DNA from: an uncultured Clostridia bacterium
GTDB lineage: Bacteria; Bacillota; Clostridia; TANB77; CAG-465
DNA length: 64,000 nucleotides
NCBI GenBank assembly: GCA_934130595.1
Contig: CAKOYF010000008.1
Coordinates: 2,229 to 66,228, forward strand
Reading direction: 5' to 3'
Positions 36,452-46,502 of this stretch are shown here, piece after piece. Made by a program: the position numbers and the translations under genes. The notes under the pieces are model-generated. The model was given only the letters and a program-made list of their open reading frames with translations. It searched no databases and had not been told where the DNA came from. Numbering within the stretch: the stretch's first letter is position 1; each line of letters begins with the position of its first letter.

Positions 36452-39400
36452 ATGGAAAATAATACAAGAAAAAAGAGCATTAGTATAATAGTAATAGGAA
36501 TTATACTAACAGCGATAATCTTTAATAAAAATAACATAATATATAATGTTCAGAATATAAAAAATAATAATGCAATGGCAACTAATTATGATAATGTAAC
36601 AGATTTTCAAAATGCTAGATGGAAAGAAATACAAAATAATATTTTTGGAGAAAATGTAGCTGGTTCTGTTACAGATACAGCCTTAGCAACTGCAAATGTT
36701 GTTCAAGGAAACCAGTATTTTAATTGGGCAAGTTTAGACAGTAAAACTATAATGCCTTGGGATGGTAGTAAGAACAAAAGTGATGGTACTGAATATACTG
36801 ATGCTGATTTTTATAATAACGGAGCGTTAGAGGAAGAAACTGTAACCTATACTACTACAATTACAGAAGGAGTAAAAAGCACTAGAACAGTAAAATATCA
36901 AGTATACAATGTATATAATGCTAACCAATTAAGATACGTTTTAGAAAGTAAGGCATCAACGCAAGAAAATAAAAAGATATATATAAGAAATGATATAGAT
37001 TTAGCCGGATATAATAATGTTTTATGGAGCTCTATTTCTGTAAATAATGGTGAAATGTATATTGAAGGAAATGGACATACAATATACAATTTAAATTCTA
37101 ATACTAGTGGTATATTTTCAACAATAAATAGCTATATGACAATATTAAATTTAAATATAGAAAATATAAAAATAGTGTCTGGACGTGATAGTGTATCTCC
37201 TTTAGGACAACCTAATGCAAAAGGAATAAGATTTGAAAATGTACATGTAAAAAGTGGATTTATTCAATCATCTGCAAGTAATGCGGCTGGATTCATGTCA
37301 AGACCACACTCAGTAAATGCTTTTGTAAAAGATTGCTCATCTTCAAATTTGTATTTGTATGGAGCAGGTGAGCATACATCTGGATTTAGTGGATGTATAT
37401 GTCCTTCTCAAGCAGGAAATGGTGGCGGATATGGCGTAAAATATACAGTAGATTATCCCGAGCAACCAGAAGCACTGTTTGGAAATAACTCTACATCTTT
37501 AAATACAGCAAGTTCTAAGTATCCGTTTTATATATTAGATTGCTATTCTATAGATTGTGAGATATTTGCAACTAAAGGTCATGCTGGTGGACTTATTTCT
37601 TGTATAGATAGTGGTATTATATGTAAAAATTCTTTCTCTAACAATTCAATTTATGGTGAAGGACAAGTTGGTGTAATAATGGGCTGTCAAGTCGCAGCTT
37701 CAAAAACACCATTATATGATGATTCAAATAAACAGACAGTTAACTGCTACTTTGAAAACTGTTATTCATCAGGAGTTGTTGAAGGAAAAAATGCAATTGG
37801 CGGATTTATGGGTGCAGATAATGACACCGCAGCAGCTACTATATATAAAAATTGTTATTCAACATCTATGGTTGGAATGGATTATTCTGGAAACAAGGTT
37901 GGAGGATTTATTGGAGAAACAACTAATACTGCAAGTACAACAATAGAAGGATATGGCACAGTAAAAGGTGTTCTTATGATTAACTGCTACGCAGCAGGAG
38001 AAGTAGGAAATATAAGTACTTCTACAGATTTAAGTGTTGCTAAAAGTAAAAGAATCGGTGGATTTATGGGTTCATATTCAAGTGTAGATTACTTAAATAT
38101 TTTTAATTGCTTTTATGATAAACAAACTACAGCTATGAGAAAAGTTGCAGTTGGACTTGAGGGTAATAATGGTACATGTCAATTAAAAGGATTAACAGGT
38201 GTATATACTAAATCATCTGAGCTAAAGAATGTTCAAGGATTAACAGATGTAGATATGCAAGATGGAAGTGCTTGGCTATATAGAACTGGGTATTATCCAC
38301 AACTAAGAATTTTTACGGATTTAGCATTAGATAATTTTAGCAATAATGAATTAGTAGAGAGTTATTCTACAGCATCAGCAGCAACTGTATTCCTAAATCA
38401 TTGGGATACACTAATGAATGAAAATGGAAATATAGAAAATAATAAAGAGTCAGCAGATATATATGACACTATTAGAGACATAACTTCATCATTTGAGTTT
38501 ACAAGTAATGGAAATTCAAACTCAGCTGGATATGATTTAACATGGGAAGTAGATAGTGAAACAAATAAAATAAAAGGATACGTTGAAAAACTAAATATAA
38601 CTCAAGAAGATGGTTCAGTAAAAGACGTGTCAGTGCTATCTATTAAAAATCCTGTAAAGAACAAAACAGATAGTGCAAACTTTGGATTAGATGTATCAGA
38701 CATATATAAGTGTTATGATTTCGCACCAGGAAAATCTTGGGTAAAGATAATCGTTGAAAATACATTAGGAAATAATGTAATAGGAACAAGAAAACTAAGA
38801 CTTTTACCTACAGCATATATAGACGCAGGTAATTATACAGAAATTTCACTTGTAACAGATAACGACAATAGTGAAGATGTTACACAAAATAAAGTAAAGA
38901 TAGATGGAATAGATGAAATACAAAATAGCTATTTCCATGCTCAAGACACAATGTATGTAATAACTGATTCAGATAAACTTGCAGATAATAAAGTTGTTTA
39001 TCCAGGACAAGTAGTATCTCAAAATAAATCTGAAACAAATCTATTTGCTTTGTGGAATAGATATCCTTCAGATTTAAATTCAACACAAGCAACAAGTAAA
39101 AAATTTGATAAAATGTATGCTCAAGCTTTACTAGGTAATTCTAAAGACAGCGGGTTAGCTAAAGTTGAAGTATATAGCTTAGGAGTTGCATATCGTTCTA
39201 TTCAAACAGATGATGGAGAAGTAACAGTTCCTGTAATAAATTATGATGAAGAAAAAAGAATAACATCAGATGCATTAAATGATCAAAAATGGAGAGGTGA
39301 AAAACTCTTTACGACAGAAGATGCTGGATGGTATGAATTAAAATATTACTGGAGATTAAAAGATGGTAGATATCTTACAGATAGCAAAATTGTTGTAATA

Positions 39401-42400
39401 AAAGGCAATGAAATATCAGCAACATTAAATAATAATATAATTAAAGGTGAACAAGACTATAATGATGAAAATTTAAAAATTACCCCAGATATAAAACAAA
39501 ATACAGAAAATTTTGGAGACTTAAAAATAGATTATGCAAGACAAGAAGAAGAAAAAAGAAATGTAAAAACATCAATTAATGAAAATGGTACTGTTGAAAA
39601 AAGTATAAAAATAAGAGAATTTGTAGATGATGAATTAATAGCTGGATGGAAAAATGATGATAGGTATACACTAAAAGAATTAAAGGTGGAAATTAGTAGA
39701 GATGGAGCAGCTTGGGTAAGCCTTCCAATAAATTTAGAGGATTCTAGTGAAGCACAATATACTTACGCAAATCAAAACTGGCAAGTAAAACAATATACAG
39801 ATACTAAACAATATTATATAGATCCAACAGGTGACCCTATAGAAATAACACTAAATGCTAAACTAATAAAAGATCCAAGTACAGAAAATGATTATGTAAA
39901 ATTTAAATTTACATCAGATAGTGAAGAGACAACAGATCTTGTAACAAATAGTAACATTAGAGTAACTGCTACTTTTGTTCCTGTAGATAAAATAAAAGTA
40001 GATAAAAAATGGGAAGATGATGCAAATAAAGAAGGCTTAAGACCAGAAAACATAACTTTAGTTTTAAATGGTAGTGATGGAAGTAGTTATACTCAGCAGA
40101 TAAGCGGAGATAGTAATACAGATATAAATTGGAGTTATACTTTTGAAGTACCTAAGTATAGTGAACAAGAACAGGAAATATCATATACTTTAGATGAAAA
40201 AAGCACTTCAGATATATATGAAAAACAAATAGATGAATCTAGCAATACAATAGTAAACAAGATAATAAAATATAACATTAAAACCAAAGTTGATGGTATT
40301 GGAGGAAGTATTTCTGGACAAAATCAAGACTCATATGAGGAAGTAGTAAAAGGACTTGATTCTACCAAAGAAATTGTAATAACTCCGGATGATGGGTATG
40401 AAATAGAAAGTATAAAAATAAATGGAGTAGAACAAGAACTACCAAATAAAAGAGATCAAGAATATACATTGCCAATACTAAAGAATGTAACAGAAGATAA
40501 AGAAATAATTGTAAAATTTAGAGAAAATAGAGTAAATATTAATGTAACTAAAAAATGGGTAGATAATGAAAATGAAACATTAAAGAGGCCAACAAATATA
40601 AAATTAGTAGTAAAAAATAAAGAAGAAGTAGTAGCTCAAACTGTAATATCAACAGAAAATGATACACAAAGCTATACATTCCAAAACTTACCTAAATATG
40701 ATAACGAATCAAAAGAAATTATATATACAATAGATGAAGAAGAAGTAAATAGTGGCGATTTAAAATTTTATACTAAGCAAATAAATGGAAGTACAATAAC
40801 AAATACATTTACAGTTCCAGATGAAAAGGTAAATGTAGATTTCAAAAAAGTATGGCAAGATAATGAAAATGAGAACAACAAACGACCAACAAGCATAATA
40901 GCACAAGTAAAAAAAGGAACTGAAGTAATAAAGAGTGTTACTTTAACTGGAATTACTAGTACATGGAATTATACATTTCAAAACTTACCTAAATATGATA
41001 GCTTAGGCAATGAGATAACATATGAAATAGATGAGCAAGAAGTAAATGAAGGCGAGTTAAAATTCTACCAAAAAAATATAGATAATAGTACTAACACAAT
41101 AACTAATATATTTACAGTTCCAGAAGAGTATATAGAAATCATATCTCAAAAAGAATGGAAAAATGAACCAAATACTAATAAAAGACCTCAAAGCGTTGTA
41201 ATACAAGTAAAAAATGGAGGAAGTGTAGTAAAAGAACAAGAAGTAAGTGCAGATACTGATTGGAAGACTACTTTTAATGGGTTACCAAAGTATAACTTAC
41301 AAGGAAATGAAATTACTTATACAATAGATGAAAAAGAAAAGGATACTGATGACCTTAAATTTTATGAAAAGGCTATAAATAATAGTACATATACAATAAC
41401 CAATACATTTAAGGTACCAGATGAAAGAGTTGAATATCAAGTAATAAAAAAATGGGAAGATAATTCAAATATTGCTAAAAAAAGACCACAAAATATAATA
41501 GTAGATCTATATTCTAATGGAAAGGTTATAAGAAATCAACAAATAGCTACATTAGAAGATGAAAATACATATACATTTGAAGATTTACCAAAATATGATG
41601 AAAATGGTGAAAGTATAAAATATACAGTAGATGAAAGAGAAACAAATGAAGGTGAATTGTATTTTTATAATAAGAGTATAAATGGAAATATAATAACAAA
41701 TACATTTACAGTTCCAGATGAAAAAATAAATGTAGAAGTTAAAAAGATTTGGAATGATAATTCTAATGAACATCAAAAAAGACCTGAGTCTTTAAAATTA
41801 GTACTAAAAAGCGGTGAAAAAGTAGTATCACAAAGTACAATACAGACAAATGGAAATCAGCAAGTATATGAATTTAAAGATTTAACTAAATATAATGAAT
41901 TAGGAAATGAGATAAAATATACAGTAGATGAAGAAGAAATAAACGAAAATGACTTAAAATTTTATACTAAAGAGATAGATAATGCTACAAATACAATAAC
42001 AAATACTTTTAAAGTGCCAGAAGATAAGGTAAATGTTGTAGCTAAAAAGGTTTGGCAAGATGATAGTAATGCATCAAAGAAAAGACCAAAAAGCATATAT
42101 TTAGATTTATATGCAGATGGTAAAAAACAAGTAAGTCAACAAATAACAACTTTAGAAGATGAAAATATATATACTTTTGAAAATCTAGCCAAGTATAATG
42201 AAGCTGGAAATGAAATAAATTATAGTATAGATGAATCAGAAATAAATGAAAATGATTTAAAATTTTATACTAAGCAAATAAATGGCAATACAATAACAAA
42301 TACATTTACAGTTCCAGATGAAAAGGTAAGTGTAACAATTGTAAAAAAATGGGTAGATAACTCTAATGAGAATAATAAAAGACCACAAAATTTAAAATTA

Positions 42401-45400
42401 GTCGTAAGAAAATCTGGAGAAGAAGTTGCTAGTCATGTAATTACAACTGAAAATGATGAAGAAAGATATATATTTGAAAATCTTCCTAAGTATAATGAAC
42501 AAGGCAATGAAATAAATTACACAATAGATGAAGAGGAAGTAAATGATGGAGACTTAAACTTTTATACTAAACAAATAAATGGTGAGACAATAACAAATAC
42601 ATTTACAGTTCCCGCAGATAAAGTAACATTAAAGGCATCTAAAACATGGAATGATAATAATGATTTTGCTAAAAAAAGACCAAACAGTGTAATTGTGGTT
42701 GTTTTAAATGGAGAAGAACAAGTACAAGAGAAAACTTTAAATGAATCAAATGATTGGAAATGCTCATTTAAAGATTTACCTAAATATGATAGTAATGGAG
42801 CAGAAATAAAATATACATTAGCTGAAAAAGAATCTACATTAGGAGATTTATACTTTTATGAAACTGAAGTGGATAATACAAATATTAAGTTAAAAAATAC
42901 TTTTAGAGTTCCAGATGAAAAGGTAAGTGTTCCTGTAACAAAAATATGGGAAGACAATTCAAATGTAGCTCAAAAAAGACCGAGTAGCATCATAATAGAC
43001 TTATATGCTGATGGAGTCTATAGCAAGAGTTATACAATATTAGATACATCTAGTGATACTCAAAATTATACTTTTGAAAATTTACCTAAGTATAATGAGT
43101 TAGGAGATGTTATAACTTATACAGTAAATGAAAGAGAAGTAAATAAAGAAGATCTGAAGTTTTATTCTAAAAATGTAAATGGTTATACAATAACAAATAC
43201 ATTTACTGTACCAGATGAAAAAGTAAGTGTTCCTATAACAAAAATATGGGAAGATAATTCAAATGCAGCTCAAAAAAGACCTAACAGTATTCTATTAAAA
43301 TTATATGAAAATGGTAAATTTATTAAAAATTATGTTTTAACTGATACTAAATTATCAGATACACAAAGTTATATTTTTGGAAATCTTGCAAAATACGATA
43401 GCTTAGGAAATGAAATAAGTTATACAGTAGATGAAGAAGAAATAAATGAAGGAGATTTAAAATTCTATTCAAAAGAGGTAGACAACACTACTAATACACT
43501 AACAAATAAATTTGTTGTGCCAGAAGAAAAGACATCATTTACAGTTACTAAAATATGGAATGATGATAACAATAAGGCTCAAAAAAGACCTAATAGTATA
43601 CTATTTGAATTATATGCAAATAATTCATACGTTAAAGAATATTTGTTAACAAATACTAACGTAAATTCTCAAAGTTATACTTTTGAAAATCTTCCCAAAT
43701 ATGATGATTTAGGAAATGTAATATCATATACAATAGATGAAAAAGAAGAAAATGAGGGAGACCTTAAATTTTTTTCTAAAAATATAAATGGAAATGTAAT
43801 AACAAATACATTTAGAGTACCAAGTGAAAAAATAGATATTACAGCTAAAAAGATATGGAGCGATAATAGTAATAAAAATAACAAGCGTCCTACTAGTATA
43901 ACTTTAGATTTATATGCAAATGGTGTATATAGTCAAAGTACAACTATTCAAAATGTAAAAGATACTGATAGTCAAACATATACTTTTAGTGGACTATTAA
44001 AATATGATAGTTTAGGTAATGAAATAAATTATACAATAGATGAATCAGAGACTGCAGTAGGAGATTTGAAGTTCTACACAAAGAGCATAGATAATTCTAA
44101 TAAAACAATAACAAATAGCTTTACAGTTCCAGATGAAAAAGTTAGCTACACAGTAACAAAAATATGGAATGACAATAACAATAAAGCACAAAAGAGACCA
44201 AGTAGTATAGATATAATATTAAAAGCAAATGAAAAAGAGTATAAAAGAGCAACAATTGAAGTTTCTAGTAGTAGTCAGCAAAATTATATATTTGAAAATT
44301 TACCAAAATATAACCAATCAGGAGATGTTATAGTATATTGGGCAGATGAGGCAGAAACTAAAACAAGAGATTTGTATTTTTATACTAAAAACATAGATGG
44401 TAATGTAATAACTAATACATTTAATGTGCCAGACGAGAAGATAGAATGTCAAGTTACTAAAAAATGGGTAGACCAAACACCATTAAGAAGACCAGATCAA
44501 ATTAGATTGGTATTAAAAGATGAGTTGGGTAATAAGGTAGATAAAACACTATTAAATACTCAAAATGACTCTAGTGTTCAAACATATATATTTAAAGAAC
44601 TAGCTAAATATGATGAGTTAGGTAACTTAAAAAAATATACTGTAAGTGAAGAAGAAGTAAATACAAATGATCTTTATTTCTATAATTCAAGTGTAGATGA
44701 AAGTACAAATACCATAACTAATACATTTGTGTTACCAGAAGATAAGATTGATATAAATGTAACAAAGGTATGGGATGATAATGACAATAAAGCAAGAAAA
44801 AGACCATCAAGCATTATAATACAAATTAAAAATGGAGATAAAGTAGTAAAATCTCAAAAAGTTACAGCTTTAATGGAGTGGACTTTTAATTTTACTGATT
44901 TGCCAAAATACGATGAAGTAGGAAATGAAATAGCATATATTATAGATGAAGCAGAAGTAAATGTAGATGATTTAAAATTCTATAAGAAAACTGTAGACTA
45001 TGATACAAACACTATAACAAATACTTTTTCAATACCAGAAGAGCAAACTAGTATCACTATAACTAAAACATGGGAAGATGAAAAAGATAAATATGCTAAA
45101 AGACCAGAAGCAATATTAATAGATGCTAAAAATGGAACTGCTGTTGAAAAGACTTATGAATTGTCTAAAGATAGTACAGATGATGAAATATGGACAGCTC
45201 AAATAGATGGATTATCTAAATATAATGAAAATGGAGATATAATAAGATATACAATAGATGAAAGAGCTAAAAAAGCAGGAAGTTTATTACCATATACAAA
45301 ACAAGTAAAAGGATATAATATAACAAATACTCTTAAGTTTTATAATATAACTACTCAAGTTGATGGGGATGGTGGAAGTATATCAGGACAAGATGAAGAT

Positions 45401-46204
45401 TGCTATGAAAAAGTAGTATATTCTGGAAGTACATCTAAAGATATAATTGTAACGCCAGACAAAGGATATAAAATTTCATCAATTAAAATTAATGGAAAAA
45501 ATATAGAATTTAAAGTAGATGAAAATGGTTCATATAAACTAGAAGAAATAAGTAATGTAACAGAAGATAAAAACATAGTAGTTAGTTTTGAAAAAATAGA
45601 TAGTAAAGTATTAGTAAAACATGTAACTGAAGATGGACAAGAATTAAAACAAACAGAGGTAATAGAGGGAAAATATGGCACAGAGTATAAAACTAGTGCT
45701 TTAGATCTTCCAGATTATGATTTAGTATCCTTACCAGAAAATGCTAGTGGAACTATGAATGAAGAACAAATTATAGTTACTTATGTGTATAAACTAGTAA
45801 AGGGAAAAATAATAGTTACTAAAGTAGATAGTAAAGATGAAAATACATTGTTAAAAGGTGCTATATTTAAAGTAGAAAAGCTAACAGAAGAAGATACAAT
45901 AGATGATCAATTTGAAAAACTAGAAATTGAGACAGGTGAAGATGGAAAAGCCGAATTTTCAGATTTAGCTATTGGAAAATACAGAGTAACTGAAGTAAAA
46001 GCGCCAGATGGCTATGAACTATCAAGAGAATACCTAGATGTTGAAATAACAAAAGAAAATAGAGAACAAGAAATTAAAGCAAGTAATAATTTAAAATTAA
46101 TCTTACCTCAGACTGGAGGAAAAAATAGAGCTATATTAATATCAGCATTAGGAATAACTATTATGGTATTGTCTTTTGCAGTACTTAAAATAAAAAAGAA
46201 GTAA
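36452..46204 (+). CDS. giant LPXTG-anchored surface adhesin (3250 aa)
   Basis: N-terminal signal/TM. The roughly 1150-aa N-terminal region carries GLUG-type motifs (HAGGLIS, NAIGGFMG, NKVGGFIGE, KRIGGFMGS). It has 17 Cna-B-type repeats (KKW.DN.N...KRP...LPKY...G.EI.YT.DE), two roughly 85-aa insert domains (TPD.GY.I.SIKING), a MucBP-like domain, a SpaA-like domain (GKYRVTEVKAPDGYEL), LPQTGG at 46103-46120, a hydrophobic tail, and KIKKK. Confidence 0.93.
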   Translation: MENNTRKKSISIIVIGIILTAIIFNKNNIIYNVQNIKNNNAMATNYDNVTDFQNARWKEIQNNIFGENVAGSVTDTALATANVVQGNQYFNWASLDSKTIMPWDGSKNKSDGTEYTDADFYNNGALEEETVTYTTTITEGVKSTRTVKYQVYNVYNANQLRYVLESKASTQENKKIYIRNDIDLAGYNNVLWSSISVNNGEMYIEGNGHTIYNLNSNTSGIFSTINSYMTILNLNIENIKIVSGRDSVSPLGQPNAKGIRFENVHVKSGFIQSSASNAAGFMSRPHSVNAFVKDCSSSNLYLYGAGEHTSGFSGCICPSQAGNGGGYGVKYTVDYPEQPEALFGNNSTSLNTASSKYPFYILDCYSIDCEIFATKGHAGGLISCIDSGIICKNSFSNNSIYGEGQVGVIMGCQVAASKTPLYDDSNKQTVNCYFENCYSSGVVEGKNAIGGFMGADNDTAAATIYKNCYSTSMVGMDYSGNKVGGFIGETTNTASTTIEGYGTVKGVLMINCYAAGEVGNISTSTDLSVAKSKRIGGFMGSYSSVDYLNIFNCFYDKQTTAMRKVAVGLEGNNGTCQLKGLTGVYTKSSELKNVQGLTDVDMQDGSAWLYRTGYYPQLRIFTDLALDNFSNNELVESYSTASAATVFLNHWDTLMNENGNIENNKESADIYDTIRDITSSFEFTSNGNSNSAGYDLTWEVDSETNKIKGYVEKLNITQEDGSVKDVSVLSIKNPVKNKTDSANFGLDVSDIYKCYDFAPGKSWVKIIVENTLGNNVIGTRKLRLLPTAYIDAGNYTEISLVTDNDNSEDVTQNKVKIDGIDEIQNSYFHAQDTMYVITDSDKLADNKVVYPGQVVSQNKSETNLFALWNRYPSDLNSTQATSKKFDKMYAQALLGNSKDSGLAKVEVYSLGVAYRSIQTDDGEVTVPVINYDEEKRITSDALNDQKWRGEKLFTTEDAGWYELKYYWRLKDGRYLTDSKIVVIKGNEISATLNNNIIKGEQDYNDENLKITPDIKQNTENFGDLKIDYARQEEEKRNVKTSINENGTVEKSIKIREFVDDELIAGWKNDDRYTLKELKVEISRDGAAWVSLPINLEDSSEAQYTYANQNWQVKQYTDTKQYYIDPTGDPIEITLNAKLIKDPSTENDYVKFKFTSDSEETTDLVTNSNIRVTATFVPVDKIKVDKKWEDDANKEGLRPENITLVLNGSDGSSYTQQISGDSNTDINWSYTFEVPKYSEQEQEISYTLDEKSTSDIYEKQIDESSNTIVNKIIKYNIKTKVDGIGGSISGQNQDSYEEVVKGLDSTKEIVITPDDGYEIESIKINGVEQELPNKRDQEYTLPILKNVTEDKEIIVKFRENRVNINVTKKWVDNENETLKRPTNIKLVVKNKEEVVAQTVISTENDTQSYTFQNLPKYDNESKEIIYTIDEEEVNSGDLKFYTKQINGSTITNTFTVPDEKVNVDFKKVWQDNENENNKRPTSIIAQVKKGTEVIKSVTLTGITSTWNYTFQNLPKYDSLGNEITYEIDEQEVNEGELKFYQKNIDNSTNTITNIFTVPEEYIEIISQKEWKNEPNTNKRPQSVVIQVKNGGSVVKEQEVSADTDWKTTFNGLPKYNLQGNEITYTIDEKEKDTDDLKFYEKAINNSTYTITNTFKVPDERVEYQVIKKWEDNSNIAKKRPQNIIVDLYSNGKVIRNQQIATLEDENTYTFEDLPKYDENGESIKYTVDERETNEGELYFYNKSINGNIITNTFTVPDEKINVEVKKIWNDNSNEHQKRPESLKLVLKSGEKVVSQSTIQTNGNQQVYEFKDLTKYNELGNEIKYTVDEEEINENDLKFYTKEIDNATNTITNTFKVPEDKVNVVAKKVWQDDSNASKKRPKSIYLDLYADGKKQVSQQITTLEDENIYTFENLAKYNEAGNEINYSIDESEINENDLKFYTKQINGNTITNTFTVPDEKVSVTIVKKWVDNSNENNKRPQNLKLVVRKSGEEVASHVITTENDEERYIFENLPKYNEQGNEINYTIDEEEVNDGDLNFYTKQINGETITNTFTVPADKVTLKASKTWNDNNDFAKKRPNSVIVVVLNGEEQVQEKTLNESNDWKCSFKDLPKYDSNGAEIKYTLAEKESTLGDLYFYETEVDNTNIKLKNTFRVPDEKVSVPVTKIWEDNSNVAQKRPSSIIIDLYADGVYSKSYTILDTSSDTQNYTFENLPKYNELGDVITYTVNEREVNKEDLKFYSKNVNGYTITNTFTVPDEKVSVPITKIWEDNSNAAQKRPNSILLKLYENGKFIKNYVLTDTKLSDTQSYIFGNLAKYDSLGNEISYTVDEEEINEGDLKFYSKEVDNTTNTLTNKFVVPEEKTSFTVTKIWNDDNNKAQKRPNSILFELYANNSYVKEYLLTNTNVNSQSYTFENLPKYDDLGNVISYTIDEKEENEGDLKFFSKNINGNVITNTFRVPSEKIDITAKKIWSDNSNKNNKRPTSITLDLYANGVYSQSTTIQNVKDTDSQTYTFSGLLKYDSLGNEINYTIDESETAVGDLKFYTKSIDNSNKTITNSFTVPDEKVSYTVTKIWNDNNNKAQKRPSSIDIILKANEKEYKRATIEVSSSSQQNYIFENLPKYNQSGDVIVYWADEAETKTRDLYFYTKNIDGNVITNTFNVPDEKIECQVTKKWVDQTPLRRPDQIRLVLKDELGNKVDKTLLNTQNDSSVQTYIFKELAKYDELGNLKKYTVSEEEVNTNDLYFYNSSVDESTNTITNTFVLPEDKIDINVTKVWDDNDNKARKRPSSIIIQIKNGDKVVKSQKVTALMEWTFNFTDLPKYDEVGNEIAYIIDEAEVNVDDLKFYKKTVDYDTNTITNTFSIPEEQTSITITKTWEDEKDKYAKRPEAILIDAKNGTAVEKTYELSKDSTDDEIWTAQIDGLSKYNENGDIIRYTIDERAKKAGSLLPYTKQVKGYNITNTLKFYNITTQVDGDGGSISGQDEDCYEKVVYSGSTSKDIIVTPDKGYKISSIKINGKNIEFKVDENGSYKLEEISNVTEDKNIVVSFEKIDSKVLVKHVTEDGQELKQTEVIEGKYGTEYKTSALDLPDYDLVSLPENASGTMNEEQIIVTYVYKLVKGKIIVTKVDSKDENTLLKGAIFKVEKLTEEDTIDDQFEKLEIETGEDGKAEFSDLAIGKYRVTEVKAPDGYELSREYLDVEITKENREQEIKASNNLKLILPQTGGKNRAILISALGITIMVLSFAVLKIKKK
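40529..45335 (+). repeat. in-frame tandem array of 16 Cna-B-type repeats (about 285-300 nt period); a 17th copy lies at about 39977-40270
   Basis: Repeats were counted from the recurring K(K/I)W.D..N...KRP motif. Blocks of 60 nt or more are near-identical at DNA level, e.g. around 40760-40830 and 42258-42330. Confidence 0.85.
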
Positions 46205-46228
46205 ATTTTAAAATTTGCTTCTTTTTTT
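46195..46228 (+). terminator. intrinsic terminator
   Basis: AGAAGTAAATTT / AAATTTGCTTCT stem (one G-U pair), then TTTTTTT. Confidence 0.8.
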
Positions 46229-46262
46229 CCAAAAACTTACAGAAAAAATAATGCAAAAACTA

Positions 46263-46291
46263 TTTACTTAAATTTATTTTAATGCTACAAT
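46263..46291 (+). promoter_or_regulatory. promoter of the candidate structured RNA
   Basis: TTTACT, 17-nt spacer, TACAAT, with TG at -15/-14 (TGCTACAAT extended -10). Confidence 0.5.
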
Positions 46292-46297
46292 ATATGT

Positions 46298-46464
46298 AGA
46301 TAGAGAAAACGAATTATATGAAAATCTACAAGCATATGATACGGGAGTCAGGAATTTTACGGTTTGTGTTGAATACTCTATTTTTGAGGATCCTAATGGC
46401 TAGTAACAAGACACCCACCTTTACAAAAGGGTTTTATCATTATATAGTTATCTCTATCTTTTTT
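46298..46464 (+). ncRNA. candidate structured RNA of unknown class (about 165 nt), or a leader of 46503
   Basis: The predicted 5' end AGATAGAGA (46298-46306) pairs perfectly with TCTCTATCT (46451-46459), which is followed by a U-run. Further imperfect pairing links 46308-46321 with 46440-46449. The interior is locally GC-enriched (ACGGGAGTCAGG, GAGGATCC, ACACCCACC) in an AT-rich genome. Confidence 0.4.
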
Positions 46465-46502
46465 ATGTTATAAAAATAAAATTATGTCTACTAGGAGGCT
46501 TT

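Noticed and set aside
40529-45335. Regular repeats considered as a possible CRISPR-like or satellite array
   Set aside because: The period is about 285-300 nt, and the repeats are in frame inside one continuous ORF encoding Cna-B-type domains. There are no short repeat/spacer units and no cas genes.
46405-46425. GGTGGGTGT on the minus strand, considered as a possible T-box core or antiterminator
   Set aside because: It does not match the conserved T-box sequence beyond GGTGG, and there is no minus-strand gene that it could regulate.
46318-46473. 51-aa ORF (MKIYKHMIRESGILRFVLNTLFLRILMASNKTPTFTKGFYHYIVISIFFML) inside the RNA candidate, considered as a type I toxin-like peptide or antitoxin
   Set aside because: It has only a weak purine stretch (GAGAAAA) instead of the strong GGAGG RBSs used by real genes here. 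The hydrophobic, non-acidic sequence is unlike protein antitoxins. It is kept as the alternative reading in the RNA finding, since I cannot exclude it.
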